This document shows positions 21,901 to 34,100 of a stretch of DNA of 64,000 bases, one piece after another. The notes below the pieces were generated by a model. That model saw nothing but the letters and a program-made list of their open reading frames with translations. It was not told the origin of the DNA and did no database searches. The stretch's first letter is position 1; each line of letters starts with the position of its first letter. The position numbers and the translations under genes are program-made. Source of the DNA: Eledone cirrhosa (Eukaryota); assembly GCA_964016885.1 (NCBI GenBank), contig OZ024744.1:127968001-128032000 (forward strand), read 5' to 3'.

Positions 21901-24900
21901 TTGGGGCTGAGTTAAGATAGGGTTAAGTTAAGTTCGGGTTGAGTTAAGTTGGGGTTAAGTTAAGTTGGGGTTAAGTTAAGTTGGGATTAAGTTAAGTTGG
22001 GGTTAAGATAAGTTGGGGTTAAGTTAAGTTGGGGTTAATTTAAGTTGGGGTTGAGTTAAGTTCGGGTTAAGTTAAGTTCGGGTTGAGTTAAGTTGGGGTT
22101 AAGTTAAGTTGGGGTTAAGTTAAGTTGGGGTTAAGTTAAGTTGGGGTTAAGATAAGTTGGGGTTAAGTTAAGTTGGGGTTAATTTAAGTTGGGGTTGAGT
22201 TAATTTGGGTTTAAGTTAAGTTGGGCTTAACTTAAGTTGGGGTTAAGTTGGGGTTAAGTTAAGTTGGGGTTAAGTTAAGTTGGGGTTAAGTTAAGTTGGG
22301 GTTAAGTTAAGTTGGGGGTAAGTTAAGTTGGGGGCAAGTTAAGTTGGGGTTAATTTAAGTTGGGGTTAAGTTAAGTTGGGGTTATGTTAAGTTGGGGTTA
22401 ATTTAAGTTGGGGTTAAGTTAAGTTGGGGGTAACTTAAGTTGAGGGTAAGTTAAGTTGAGGGTAATTTAAGTTGAGGTTAAGTTAAGTTGGGGTTAAGTT
22501 AAGTTGGGGGTAAGTTAAGTTGGGGGTAAGTTAAGTTGGGGTTAAGTTAAGTTGGGGTTAAATTAAGTTGAGGTTAAGTTAATTTGGGGTTAAGTTAAGT
22601 TGGGGTTAAGTTAAGTTGGGGGTAAGATAAGTTGGGGCTAAGTTAAGTTGGGGCTAAGTCAAGTTGGGGTTAAGTCAAGTTGAGGTTAACTTAAGTTGGG
22701 GTTAAGTTAAGTTGGGGTTAAGTTAAGTTGGGGTTAAGGTAAGTTGGGGTTAAGTTAAGTTGGGGCTAAGTTAAGTTGGGGCTAAGTTAAGTTGGGGCTA
22801 AGTTAAGTTGGGGTTAAGTTGGGGTTGAGTTAAGTTGGGGTTAAGTTAAGTTGGGATTAAGTTAAGTTGGGGTTAAGTTAAGTTCGGGTTGAGTTAAGTT
22901 GGGGTTAATTTAAGTTGGGGTTAAGTTAAGTTGGGGTTAAGATAAGTTGGGGTTAAGTTAAGTTGGGGTTAAGTTAAGTTGGGGTTGAGTTAATTTGGGG
23001 TTAAGTTAAGTTGGGGTTAACTTAAGTTGGGGTTAAGTTAAGTTGGGGTTAAGTTAAGTTGGGGGTAAGTTAAGTTGGGGGCAAGTTGAGTTGGGGTTAA
23101 GTTAAGTTGGGGTTAAGTTAAGGTGGGGGTAAGTTAAGTTGGGGGTAAGTTAAGTTGGGGTTAAGTTAAGTTGGGGTTAAGTTAAGTTGGGTTTAAGTTA
23201 AGTTGGGGCTAAGTCTAGTTGGGGCTAAGTTAAGTTGGGGCTGAGTTAAGTTGGGGTTAAGTTAAGTTGGGGTTAAATTAAGTTGGGGTTAAGTTAAGTT
23301 GGGGTTAAGTTGGGGTTAAATTAAGTTGGGGTTCAGTTAAGTTGGGGTTAAATTAAGTTGGGGTTAAGTTAAGTTGGGGTTAGTTAAGTTGGGGTTAAGT
23401 TAAGTTGGGGTTAAATTAAGTTGGGGTTAAGTTAAGTTGGGGTTAATTTAAGTTGGGGTTAAGTTAACTCGGGGTTAAGTTAAGTTGGAGTTAAGTCAAG
23501 TTGGGGTTAAGTCAAGTTGGGGTTAAGTCAAGTTGGGGTTAAGTCAAGTTGGGGTTAAGTTAAGTTGGGGTTAAGTTAAGTTGGGGGTTAAGTTAAGTTG
23601 GAGTTAAGTTAAGTTGGAGTTAAGTTAAGTTGGGGTTAAGCTAAGTTGGGGTTCAGTTAAGTTGGGGGTAAGTTAAGTTGGGGTTAAGTTAAGTTGGGGT
23701 TAAGTTAAGTTGGGGTTAAGTTAAGTTGGGGTTAAGTTAAGTTGGAGTTAAGTTAAGTTGGAGTTAAGTTAAGTTGGGGTTAAGTTAAGTTGGGGTTAAG
23801 CTAAGTTGGGGTTCAGTTAAGTTGGGGTTAAGTTAAGTTGGGGTTAAGATAAGTTGGGGTTAAGTTAAGTTGGGGTTAATTTAAGTTGGGGTTGAGTTAA
23901 GTTGGGGTTAAGTTAAGTTCGGGTTGAGTTAAGTTGGGGTTAAGTTAAGTTGGGGTTAAGTTAAGTTGGGGTTAAGTTAAGTTGGGGTTAAGATAAGTTG
24001 GGGTTAAGTTAAGTTGGGGTTAATTTAAGTTGGGGTTGAGTTAATTTGGGTTTAAGTTAAGTTGGGCTTAACTTAAGTTGGGGTTAAGTTGGGGTTAAGT
24101 TAAGTTGGGGTTAAGTTAAGTTGGGGTTAAGTTAAGTTGGGGGTAAGTTAAGTAGGGGGCAAGTTAAGTTGGGGTTAATTTAAGTTGGGGTTAAGTTAAG
24201 TTGGGGTTATGTTAAGTTGGGGTTAATTTAAGTTGGGGTTAAGTTAAGTTGGGGGTCACTTAAGTTGAGGGTAAGTTAAGTTGAGGGTAAGTTAAGTTGA
24301 GGGTTAGTTAAGTTGAGGTTAAGTTAAGTTGGGGTTAAGTTAAGTTGGGGGTAAGTTAAGTTGGGGGTAAGTTAAGTTGGGGTTAAGTTAAGTTGGGGTT
24401 AAGTTAAGTTGGGGTTAAGTTAATTTGGGGTTAAGTTAAGTTGGGGTTAAGTTAAGTTGGGGGTAAGATAAGTTGGGGCTAACTTAAGTTGGGGCTAAGT
24501 CAAGTTGGGGTTAAGTCAAGTTGAGGTTAACTTAAGTTGGGGTTAAGTTAAGTTGGGGTTAAGTTAAGTTGGGGTTAAGGTAAGTTGGGGTTAAGTTAAG
24601 TTGGGGCTAAGTTAAGTTGGGGCTAAGTTAAGTTGGGGCTGAGTTAAGTTGGGGTTAAGTTGGGGTTGAGTTAAGTTGGGGTTAAGTTAAGTTGGGATTA
24701 AGTTAAGTTGGGGTTAAGTTAAGTTCGGGTTGAGTTAAGTTGGGGTTAAGTTAAGTTGGGGTTAATTTAAGTTGGGGTTAATTTAAGTTGGGGTTAAGAT
24801 AAGTTGGGGTTAAGTTAAGTTGGGGTTAAGTTAAGTTGGGGTTGAGTTAATTTGGGGTTAAGTTAAGTTGGGGTTAACTTAAGTTGGGGTTAAGTTAAGT

Positions 24901-27900
24901 TGGGGTTAAGTTAAGTTGGGGGTAAGTTAAGTTGGGGGCAAGTTGAGTTGGGGTTAAGTTAAGTTGGGGTTAAGTTAAGGTGGGGGTAAGTTAAGTTGGG
25001 GGTAAGTTAAGTTGGGGTTAAGTTGCGGCAAGTTAAGTTGGGGTTAATTTAAGTTGGGGTTAAGTTAAGTTGGGGTTATGTTAAGTTGGGGTTAAGTTAA
25101 GTTGGGGTTAAGTTAAGTTGGGGGTAAGTTAATTTGGGGCTGAGTTAAGATAGGGTTACGTTAAGTTCGGGTTGAGTTAAGTTGGGGTTAAGTTAAGTTG
25201 GGGTTAAGTTAAGTTGGGATTAAGTTAAGTTGGGGTTAAGATAAGTTGGGGTTAAGTTAAGTTGGGGTTAATTTAAGTTGGGGTTGAGTTAAGTTCGGGT
25301 TAAGTTAAGTTCGGGTTGAGTTAAGTTGGGGTTAAGTTAAGTTGGGGTTAAGTTAAGTTGGGGTTAAGTTAAGTTGGGGTTAAGATAAGTTGGGGTTAAG
25401 TTAAGTTGGGGTTAATTTAAGTTGGGGTTGAGTTAATTTGGGTTTAAGTTAAGTTGGGCTTAACTTAAGTTGGGGTTAAGTTGGGGTTAAGTTAAGTTGG
25501 GGTTAAGTTAAGTTGGGGTTAAGTTAAGTTGGGGGTAAGTTAAGTTGGGGGCAAGTTAAGTTGGGGTTAATTTAAGTTGGGGTTAAGTTAAGTTGGGGTT
25601 ATGTTAAGTTGGGGTTAATTTAAGTTGGGGTTAAGTTAAGTTGGGGGTAACTTAAGTTGAGGGTAAGTTAAGTTGAGGGTAAGTTAAGTTGAGGGTAAGT
25701 TAAGTTGAGGTTAAGTTAAGTTGGGGTTAAGTTAAGTTGGGGGTAAGTTAAGTTGGGGGTAAGTTAAGTTGGGGTTAAGTTAAGTTGGGGTTAAATTAAG
25801 TTGAGGTTAAGTTAATTTGGGGTTAAGTTAAGTTGGGGTTAAGTTAAGTTGGGGGTAAGATAAGTTGGGGCTAAGTTAAGTTGGGGCTAAGTCAAGTTGG
25901 GGTTAAGTCAAGTTGAGGTTAACTTAAGTTGGGGTTAAGTTAAGTTGGGGTTAAGTTAAGTTGGGGTTAAGGTAAGTTGGGGTTAAGTTAAGTTGGGGCT
26001 AAGTTAAGTTGGGGCTAAGTTAAGTTGGGGCTAAGTTAAGTTGGGGTTAAGTTGGGGTTGAGTTAAGTTGGGGTTAAGTTAAGTTGGGATTAAGTTAAGT
26101 TGGGGTTAAGTTAAGTTCGGGTTGAGTTAAGTTGGGGTTAAGTTAAGTTGGGGTTAATTTAAGTTGGGGTTAAGTTAAGTTGGGGTTAAGATAAGTTGGG
26201 GTTAAGTTAAGTTGGGGTTAAGTTAAGTTGGGGTTGAGTTAATTTGGGGTTAAGTTAAGTTGGGGTTAACTTAAGTTGGGGTTAAGTTAAGTTGGGGTTA
26301 AGTTAAGTTGGGGGTAAGTTAAGTTGGGGGCAAGTTGAGTTGGGGTTAAGTTAAGTTGGGGTTAAGTTAAGGTGGGGGTAAGTTAAGTTGGGGGTAAGTT
26401 AAGTTGGGGTTAAGTTAAGTTGGGGTTAAGTTAAGTTGGGTTTAAGTTAAGTTGGGGCTAAGTCTAGTTGGGGCTGAGTTAAGTTGGGGCTGAGTTAAGT
26501 TGGGGTTAAGTTAAGTTGGGGTTGAGTTAAGTTGGGGTTAACTTAAGTTGGGGTTAAGTTGGGGTTAAGTTAAGTTGGGGTTAAATTAAGTTGGGGGTTA
26601 GTTAAGTTGCGGCAAGTTAAGTTGGGGTTAATTTAAGTTGGGGTTAAGTTAAGTTGGGGTTATGTTAAGTTGGGGTTAAGTTAAGTTGGGGTTAAGTTAA
26701 GTTGGGGGTAAGTTAATTTGGGGCTGAGTTAAGATAGGGTTAAGTTAAGTTCGGGTTGAGTTAAGTTGGGGTTAAGTTAAGTTGGGGTTAAGTTAAGTTG
26801 GGATTAAGTTAAGTTGGGGTTAAGATAAGTTGGGGTTAAGTTAAGTTGGGGTTAATTTAAGTTGGGGTTGAGTTAAGTTCGGGTTAAGTTAAGTTCGGGT
26901 TGAGTTAATTTGGGTTTAAGTTAAGTTGGGCTTAACTTAAGTTGGGGTTAAGTTGGGGTTAAGTTAAGTTGGGGTTAAGTTAAGTTGGGGTTAAGTTAAG
27001 TTGGGGGTAGGTTAAGTTGGGGGCAAGTTAAGTTGGGGTTAATTTAAGTTGGGGTTAAGTTAAGTTGGGGTTATGTTAAGTTGGGGTTAATTTAAGTTGG
27101 GGTTAAGTCAAGTTGGGGGTAACTTAAGTTGAGGGTAAGTTAAGTTGAGGGTAAGTTAAGTTGAGGGTAAGTTAAGTTGAGGTTAAGTTAAGTTGGGGTT
27201 AAGTTAAGTTGGGGGTAAGTTAAGTTGGGGGTAAGTTAAGTTGGGGTTAAGTTAAGTTGGGGTTAAATTAAGTTGAGGTTAAGTTAATTTGGGGTTAAGT
27301 TAAGTTGGGGTTAAGTTAAGTTGGGGGTAAGATAAGTTGGGGCTAAGTTAAGTTGGGGCTAAGTCAAGTTGGGGTTAAGTCAAGTTGAGGTTAACTTAAG
27401 TTGGGGTTAAGTTAAGTTGGGGTTAAGTTAAGTTGGGGTTAAGGTAAGTTGGGGTTAAGTTAAGTTGGGGCTAAGTTAAGTTGGGGCTAAGTTAAGTTGG
27501 GGCTGAGTTAAGTTGGGGTTAAGTTAAGTTGGGATTAAGTTAAGTTGGGGTTAAGTTAAGTTCGGGTTGAGTTAAGTTGGGGTTAAGTTAAGTTGGGGTT
27601 AATTTAAGTTGGGGTTAAGTTAAGTTGGGGTTAAGATAAGTTGGGGTTAAGTTAAGTTGGGGTTAAGTTAAGTTGGGGTTGAGTTAATTTGGGGTTAAGT
27701 TAAGTTGGGGTTAACTTAAGTTGGGGTTAAGTTAAGTTGGGGTTAAGTTAAGTTGGGGGTAAGTTAAGTTGGGGGCAAGCTAAGTTGGGGTTCAGTTAAG
27801 TTGGGGTTAAGTTAATTTGGGGCTGAGTTAAGTTGGGGTTAAGTTAAGTTCGGGTTGAGTTAAGTTGGGGTTAAGTTAAGTTGGGGTTAAGTTAAGTTGG

Positions 27901-29200
27901 GGTAAAGTTAAGTTGGGGTTAAGATAAGTTGGGGTTAAGTTAAGTTGGGGTTAATTTAAGTTGGGGTTGAGTTAACTTGGGTTTAAGTTAAGTTGGGCTT
28001 AACTTAAGTTGGGGTTAAGTTAAGTTGGGGTTAAGTTAAGTTGGGGGTAAGTTAAGTTGGGGGCAAGTTAAGTTGGGGTTAATTTAAGTTGGGGTTAAGT
28101 TAAGTTGGGGTTAAGTTAAGTTGGGGGTAACTTAAGTTGGGGTTAAGTTAAGTTGAGGGTAAGTTAAGTTGAGGTTAAGTTAAGTTGGGGTTAAGTTAAG
28201 TTGGGGGTAAGTTAAGTTGGGGGTAAGTTAAGTTGGGGTTAAGTTAAGTTGGGGTTAAATTAAGTTGAGGTTAAGTTAATTTGGGGTTAAGTTAAGTTGG
28301 GGTTAAGTTAAGTTGGGGGTAAGATAAGTTGGGGCTAAGTTAAGTTGGGGCTAAGTCAAGTTGGGGTTAAGTCAAGTTGGGGTTAAGTCAAGTTGAGGTT
28401 AACTTAAGTTGGGTTTAAGTTAAGGTGGGGTTAAGTTAAGTTGGGGTTAAGGTAAGTTGGGGTTAAGTTAAGTTGGGGCTAAGTTAAGTTGGGGCTAAGT
28501 TAAGTTGGGGCTGAGTTAAGTTGGGGTTAAGTTGGGGTTGAGTTAAGTTGGGGTTAAGTTAAGTTGGGATTAAGTTAAGTTGGGGTTAAGTTAAGTTCGG
28601 GTTGAGTTAAGTTGGGGTTAAGTTAAGTTGGGGTTAATTTAAGTTGGGGTTAAGTTAAGTTGGGGTTAAGATAAGTTGGGGTTAAGTTAAGTTGGGGTTA
28701 AGTTAAGTTGGGGTTGAGTCAATTTGGGGTTAAGTTAAGTTGGGGTTAACTTAAGTTGGGGTTAAGTTAAGTTGGGGTTAAGTTAAGTTGGGGGTAAGTT
28801 AAGTCGGGATTAAGTTAAGTTGGGGTTAAGTTAAGTTGGGTTTAAGTTAAGTTGGGGCTAAGTTAAGTTGGGGCTAAGTTAAGTTGGGGCTGAGTTAAGT
28901 TGGGGGTAACTTAAGTTGGGTATAAGTTAAGTTGGGGTTAAGTTAAGTTGGCGTTCAGTTCAGTTGGGGTTAAGTTAAGTTGGGGTTAAGTTAAGCTGGG
29001 GTTAAGTTAAGTTGGGGTTAATTTAAGTTGGGGTTAAGTTAAGTTGGGGTTGAGTTAAGTTGGGGTTGAGTTAAGTTGGGGTTAATTTAAGTTGGGGTTA
29101 AGTTAAGTTGGGGTTAAGTTAAGTTGGGGTTAAGTTAAGTTGGGGGTAAGTTAAGTTGGGGGCAAGTTAAGTTGGGGTTAAGTTAAGTTGGGGTTAAGTT
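18950..29200 (+). repeat. Variant domain II of the satellite, built from a ~1.58-kb sub-unit
   Basis: Domain-specific variants GTCTAG, TTAAGGTGGGGG, AAGATAGGG and TTGCGGCAAG. GGGCTTAACTT lies at 20639 and 22223 (offset 1584) and ATAGGG at 25150 and 26734 (offset 1584). Confidence 0.75.
19820..26500 (+). repeat. ~3.42-kb tandem duplication within domain II; the second copy starts at ~23244-23274 and has a ~192-bp deletion near 25020
   Basis: Private TAGGGGGC at 20728/24153 (offset 3425); GGGCTTAACTT at 20639/24064 (3425); the doubled GGAG blocks near 20175/23600; the offset falls to 3233 for ATAGGG at 21917/25150. The right boundary is approximate. Confidence 0.75.
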
Positions 29201-31119
29201 AAGTTGGGGTTAAGTTAAGTTAGGGTTAATTTCAGTTGGGGTTAAGTTAAGTTGGGGTTAAGTTAAGTTAGGGTTAATTTAAGTTGGGGTTATGTTAAGT
29301 TGGGGTTAAGTTAAGTTGGGGTTAAGTTAAGTTGGTGTTAAGTAAAGTTGGGGTTAAGTTAAGTTGGGGTTAAGTTAAGTTGGTGTTAAGTAAAGTTGGG
29401 CTTAAGTTAAGTTGGGTTTGAGTTAAGTTGGGGCTAAGTTAAGTTAGGTCTAAGTTAAGTTGGGGTTAAGTTAAGTTGGGGCTAGGTTAAGTTGGGTCTA
29501 ATTTAAGTTGGGGTTAAGTTAAGTTGGGGTTAAGTTCAGTTGGGGTTAAATTAAGTTGGGGTTAAGTTAAGTTGGCGTTAAGCTAAGTTGGGGTTAAGTT
29601 AATTTGCGGTTAAGTTAGGTTGTGGGTTAAGTTAAGTTGGGGGTAAGTTAAGTTGGGGGTAAGTTAAGTTGGGGTTAATTTAAGTTGGGGTTAAGTTAAG
29701 TTGGGGTTAAGTTAAGTTGGGGTTAAGTTAAGTTGGGGTTAAGTTAAGTTGGCGTTAATTTAACTTGGGGTAAAGTTAAGTTGGGGTTAAGTTAAGTTGG
29801 GGTTAAGTTAAGTTGGGGTTAAGTCAAGTTGGGGTTAAGTCAAGTTGGGGTTAAGTCAAGTTGGGGTTAAGTTAAGTTGGGGTTAAGTTAAGTTGGGGGT
29901 AAGTTAAGTTGGGTGTAAGTTAAGTTGGGGTTAAGTTAAAATGTGGTTAAGTTCAGTTGGGGTTAAGTTAAGTTGGGGTTAAGTTAAGTTGGGGGTAAGT
30001 TAAGTTGGGGGCAAGTTAAGTTGGGGTTAAGTTAAGTTGGGGTTAAGTTAAGTTGGGGTTAAGTTAAGTTGGGGTTAAGTTAAGTTGGGGTTAAGTTAAG
30101 TTGGGGTTAAGTTAAGTTAGGGTTAATTTCAGTTGGGGTTATGTTAAGTTGGGGTTAAGTTAAGTTGGGGTTAAGTTAAAGTTGGGGTTAAGTTAAGTTG
30201 GGGTAAAGTTAAGTTAGGGTTAAGTTGAGTTGGGGTTAAGTTAAGTTGGGGTTAAATTAAGTTGGGGTTAAGTTAAGTTGGGGTTAAGGTAAGTTGGGGT
30301 TAAATTAATTTGGGGTTCAGTTAAGTTGGGGTTAAATTAAGTTGGGGTTAAGTTAAGTTGGGGTTAGTTAAGTTGGGGTTAAGTTAAGTTGGGGTTAAGT
30401 TAAGTTGGGGTTAAGTTAAGTTGGGGTTAAGTTAAGTTGGCGTTAAGTTAAGTTGGGGTTAAGTTAAGTTGGGGTTAAATTAAGTTGGGGTTAAGTTAAG
30501 TTGGGGTTAATTTAAGTTGGGGTTAAGTTAAGTTGGGGTTAAGTTAAGTTGGAGTTAAGTCAAGTTGGGGTTAAGTCAAGTTGCGGTTAAGTCAAGTTGT
30601 GGTTAAGTCAAGTTGGGGTTAAGTTAAGTTGGGGTTAAGTTAAGTTGGGGTTAACTTAAGTTGGGGTTAAGTTGGGGTTAAGTTAAGTTGGGGTTAAATT
30701 AAGTTGGGGGTTAGTTAAGTTGGGGCAAGTTAAGTTGGGGTTAATTTAAGTTGGGGTTAAGTTAAGTTGGGGTTATGTTAAGTTGGGGTTAAGTTAAGTT
30801 GGGGTTAAGTTAAGTTGGGGGTAAGTTAAGTTGGGGTTAAGTTAAGTTGGGGGTAAGTTAAGTTGAGGGTAAGTTAAGTTGGGGTTAAGTTAGGTTGGGG
30901 TTAAATTAAGTTGAGGTTAAGTTAAGTTGGGGTTAAGTTAAGTTGGGGGTAAGATAAGTTGGGGGTAAGATAAGTTGGGGCTAAGTTAAGTTGGGGCTAA
31001 GTCAAGTTGGGGTTAATTCAAGTTGAGGTTAACTTAAGTTGGGGTTAAGTTAAGTTGGGGTTAATTTAAGTTGGGGTTAAGTTAAGTTGGGGTTAAGATA
31101 AGTTGGGGTTAAGTTAAGT

Positions 31120-34100
31120 TGGGGTTAAGTTAAGTTGGGGTTGAGTTAATTTGGGGTTAAGTTAAGTTGGGGTTAACTTAAGTTGGGGTTAAGTTGGGGT
31201 TAAGTTAAGTTGGGGGTAGGTTAAGTTGGGGGCAAGTTTAGTTGGGGTTAAGTTAAGTTGGGGTTACGTTAAGTTGGGCGTAAGTTAAGTCGGGGTTAAG
31301 TTAAGTTGGGGTTAAGTTAAGTTGGGTTTAAGTTAAGTTGGTGCTAAGTTAAGTTGGAGCTAAGTTAAGTTGGGGCTGAGTTAAGTTGGGGGTAAGTTAA
31401 GTTGGGGTTAAGTTAAGTTGGGGTTCAGTTAAGTTGGGGTTAAGTTAAGTTGGGGTTAAGTTAAGCTGGGGTTAAGTTAAGTTGGGGTTAAGTTAAGTTG
31501 GGGTTAAGTTAAGTTGGGGTTAAGTTAAGTTGGGGTTGAGTTAAGTTGGGGTTGAGTTAAGTTGGGGTTAAGTTAAGTTGGGGTTAAGTTAAGTTGGGGT
31601 TAAGTTAAGTTGGGGTTAAGTTAAGTTGGGGTTAAGTTAAGTTGGGGGTAAGTTAAGTTGGGGGCAAGTTAAGTTGGGGTTAAGTTAAGTTGGGGTTAAG
31701 TTAAGTTGGGGTTAAGTTAAGTTAGGGTTAATTTCAGTTGGGGTTATGTTAAGTTGGGGTTAAGTTAAGTTGGGGTTAAGTTAAAGTTGGGGTTAAGTTA
31801 AGTTGGGGTAAAGTTAAGTTAGGGTTAAGTTAAGTTGGGGTTAAGTTAAGTTGGGGTTAAATTAAGTTGGGGTTAAGTTAAGTTGGGGTTAAGTTAAGCT
31901 GGGGTTAAATTAAGTTGGGGTTCAGTTAAGTTGGGGTTAAATTAAGTTGGGGTTAAGTTAAGTTGGGGTTAGTTAAGTTGGGGTTAAGTTAAGTTGGGGT
32001 TAAGTTAAGTTGGGGTTAAGTTAAGTTGGGGTTAAATTAAGTTGGGGTTAAGTTAAGTTGGGGTTAAGTTAAGTTGGGGTTAAGTTAAGTTAGGGTTAAT
32101 TTCAGTTGGGGTTATGTTAAGTTGGGGTTAAGTTAAGTTGGGGTTAAGTTAAGTTGGCGTAAAGTTAAGTTAGGGTTAAGTTAAGTTGGGGTTAAGTTAA
32201 GTTGGGGTTAAATTAAGTTGGGGTTAAGTTAAGTTGGGGTTAAGTTAAGTTAGGGTTAAATTAAGTTGGGGTTCAGTTAAGTTGGGGTTAAATTAAGTTG
32301 GGGTTAAGTTAAGTTGGGGTTAGTTAAGTTGGGGTTAAGTTAAGTTGGCGTTAAGTTAAGTTGGGGTTAAGTTAAGTTGGCGTTAAGTTAAGTTGGGGTT
32401 AAGTTAAGTTGGGGTTAAGTTAAGTTGGGGTTAAGTTAAGTTGGGGTTAATTTAAGTTGGGGTTAAGTTAAGTTGGGGTTAAGTTAAGTTGGAGTTAAGT
32501 CAAGTTGGTGTTAAGTCAAGTTGGGGTTAAGTCAAGTTGGGGTTAATTCAAGTTGGGGTTAAGTTAAGTTGGGGTTAAGTTAAGTTGGGGTTAAGTTAAG
32601 TTGGGGGTAAGTTAAGTTGGGTGTAAGTTAAGTTGGGGTTAAGTTAAGTTGGGGTTCAGTTCAGTTGGGGTTAAGTTAAGTTGGGGTTAAGTTAAGCTGG
32701 GGGTAATTTAAGTTGGGGTTAAGTTAAGTTGGGGTTAAGTTAAGTTGGGGTTAAGTTAAGTTGGGGTTCAGTTAAGTTGGGGTTAAGTTAATTTGGGGCT
32801 GAGTTAAGTTGGGGTTAAGTTAAGTTCGGGTTGAGTTAAGTTGGGGTTAAGTTAAGTTGGGGTTAAGTTAAGTTGGGGTTAAGTTAAGTTGGGGTTAAGA
32901 TAAGTTGGGGTTAAGTTAAGTTGGGGTTAATTTAAGTTGGGGTTGAGTTAATTTGGGTTTAAGTTAAGTTAGCCTTAACTTAAGTTGGGGTTAAGTTAAG
33001 TTGGGGTTAAGTTAAGTTGGGGGTAAGTTAAGTTGGGGGCAAGTTAAGTTGGGGTTAATTTAAGTTGGGGTTAAGTTAAGTTGGGGTTAAGTTAAGTTGG
33101 GGGTAACTTAAGTTGGGGTTAAGTTAAGTTGAGGGTAAGTTAAGTTGAGGTTAAGTTAAGTTGGGGTTAAGTTAAGTTGGGGGTAAGTTAAGTTGGGGGT
33201 AAGTTAAGTTGGGGTTAAGTTAAGTTGGGGTTGAATTAAGTTGAGGCTAAGTTAATTTGGGGTTAAGTTAAGTTAGGGTTAATTTCAGTTGGGGTTAAGT
33301 TAAGTTGGGGTTAAGTTAAGTTAGGGTTAATTTAAGTTGGGGTTATGTTAAGTTGGGGTTAAGTTAAGTTGGGGTTAAGTTAAGTTGGTGTTAAGTAAAG
33401 TTGGGGTTAAGTTAAGTTGTGGGTTAAGTTAAGTTGGGGTTAAGTTAAGTTGGGGTTAAGTTAAGTTGGTGTTAAGTAAAGTTGGGCTTAAGTTAAGTTG
33501 GGTTTGAGTTAAGTTGGGGCTAAGTTAAGTTAGGGCTAAGTTAAGTTGGGGTTAAGTTAAGTTGGGGCTAGGTTAAGTTGGGTCTAAGTTAAGTTGGGGT
33601 TAAGTTAAGTTGGGGTTAAATTAAGTTGGGGTTAAATTAAGTTGGGGTTAAGTTAAGTTGGGGTTAAGCTAAGTTGGGGTTAAGTTAATTTGCGGTTAAG
33701 TTAGGTTGTGGGTTAAGTTAAGTTGGGGGTAAGTTAAGTTGGGGGTAAGTTAAGTTGGGGTTAATTTAAGTTGGGGTTAAGTTAAGTTGGGGTTAAGTTA
33801 AGTTGGGGTTAAGTTAAGTTGGGGTTAAGTTAAGTTGGCGTTAATTTAACTTGGGGTAAAGTTAAGTTGGGGTTAAGTTAAGTTGGGGTTAAGTTAAGTT
33901 GGGGTTAAGTCAAGTTGGGGTTAAGTCAAGTTGGGGTTAAGTTAAGTTGGGGTTAAGTTAAGTTGGGGGTAAGTTAAGTTGGGTGTAACTTAAGTTGGGG
34001 TTAAGGTAAAATGTGGTTAAGTTCAGTTGGGGTTAAGTTAAGTTGGGGTTAAGTTAAGTTGGGGGTAAGTTAAGTTGGGGGCAAGTTAAGTTGGGGTTAA

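Noticed and set aside
30890-30900. Exact TTAGGTTGGGG (bee-type telomere motif) at 18659, 30890, 58543 and 62741 as ancestral relics
   Set aside because: Each is one A>G change from the consensus and isolated, and the last two are duplicates of each other. This is expected by chance among ~4,000 monomers.
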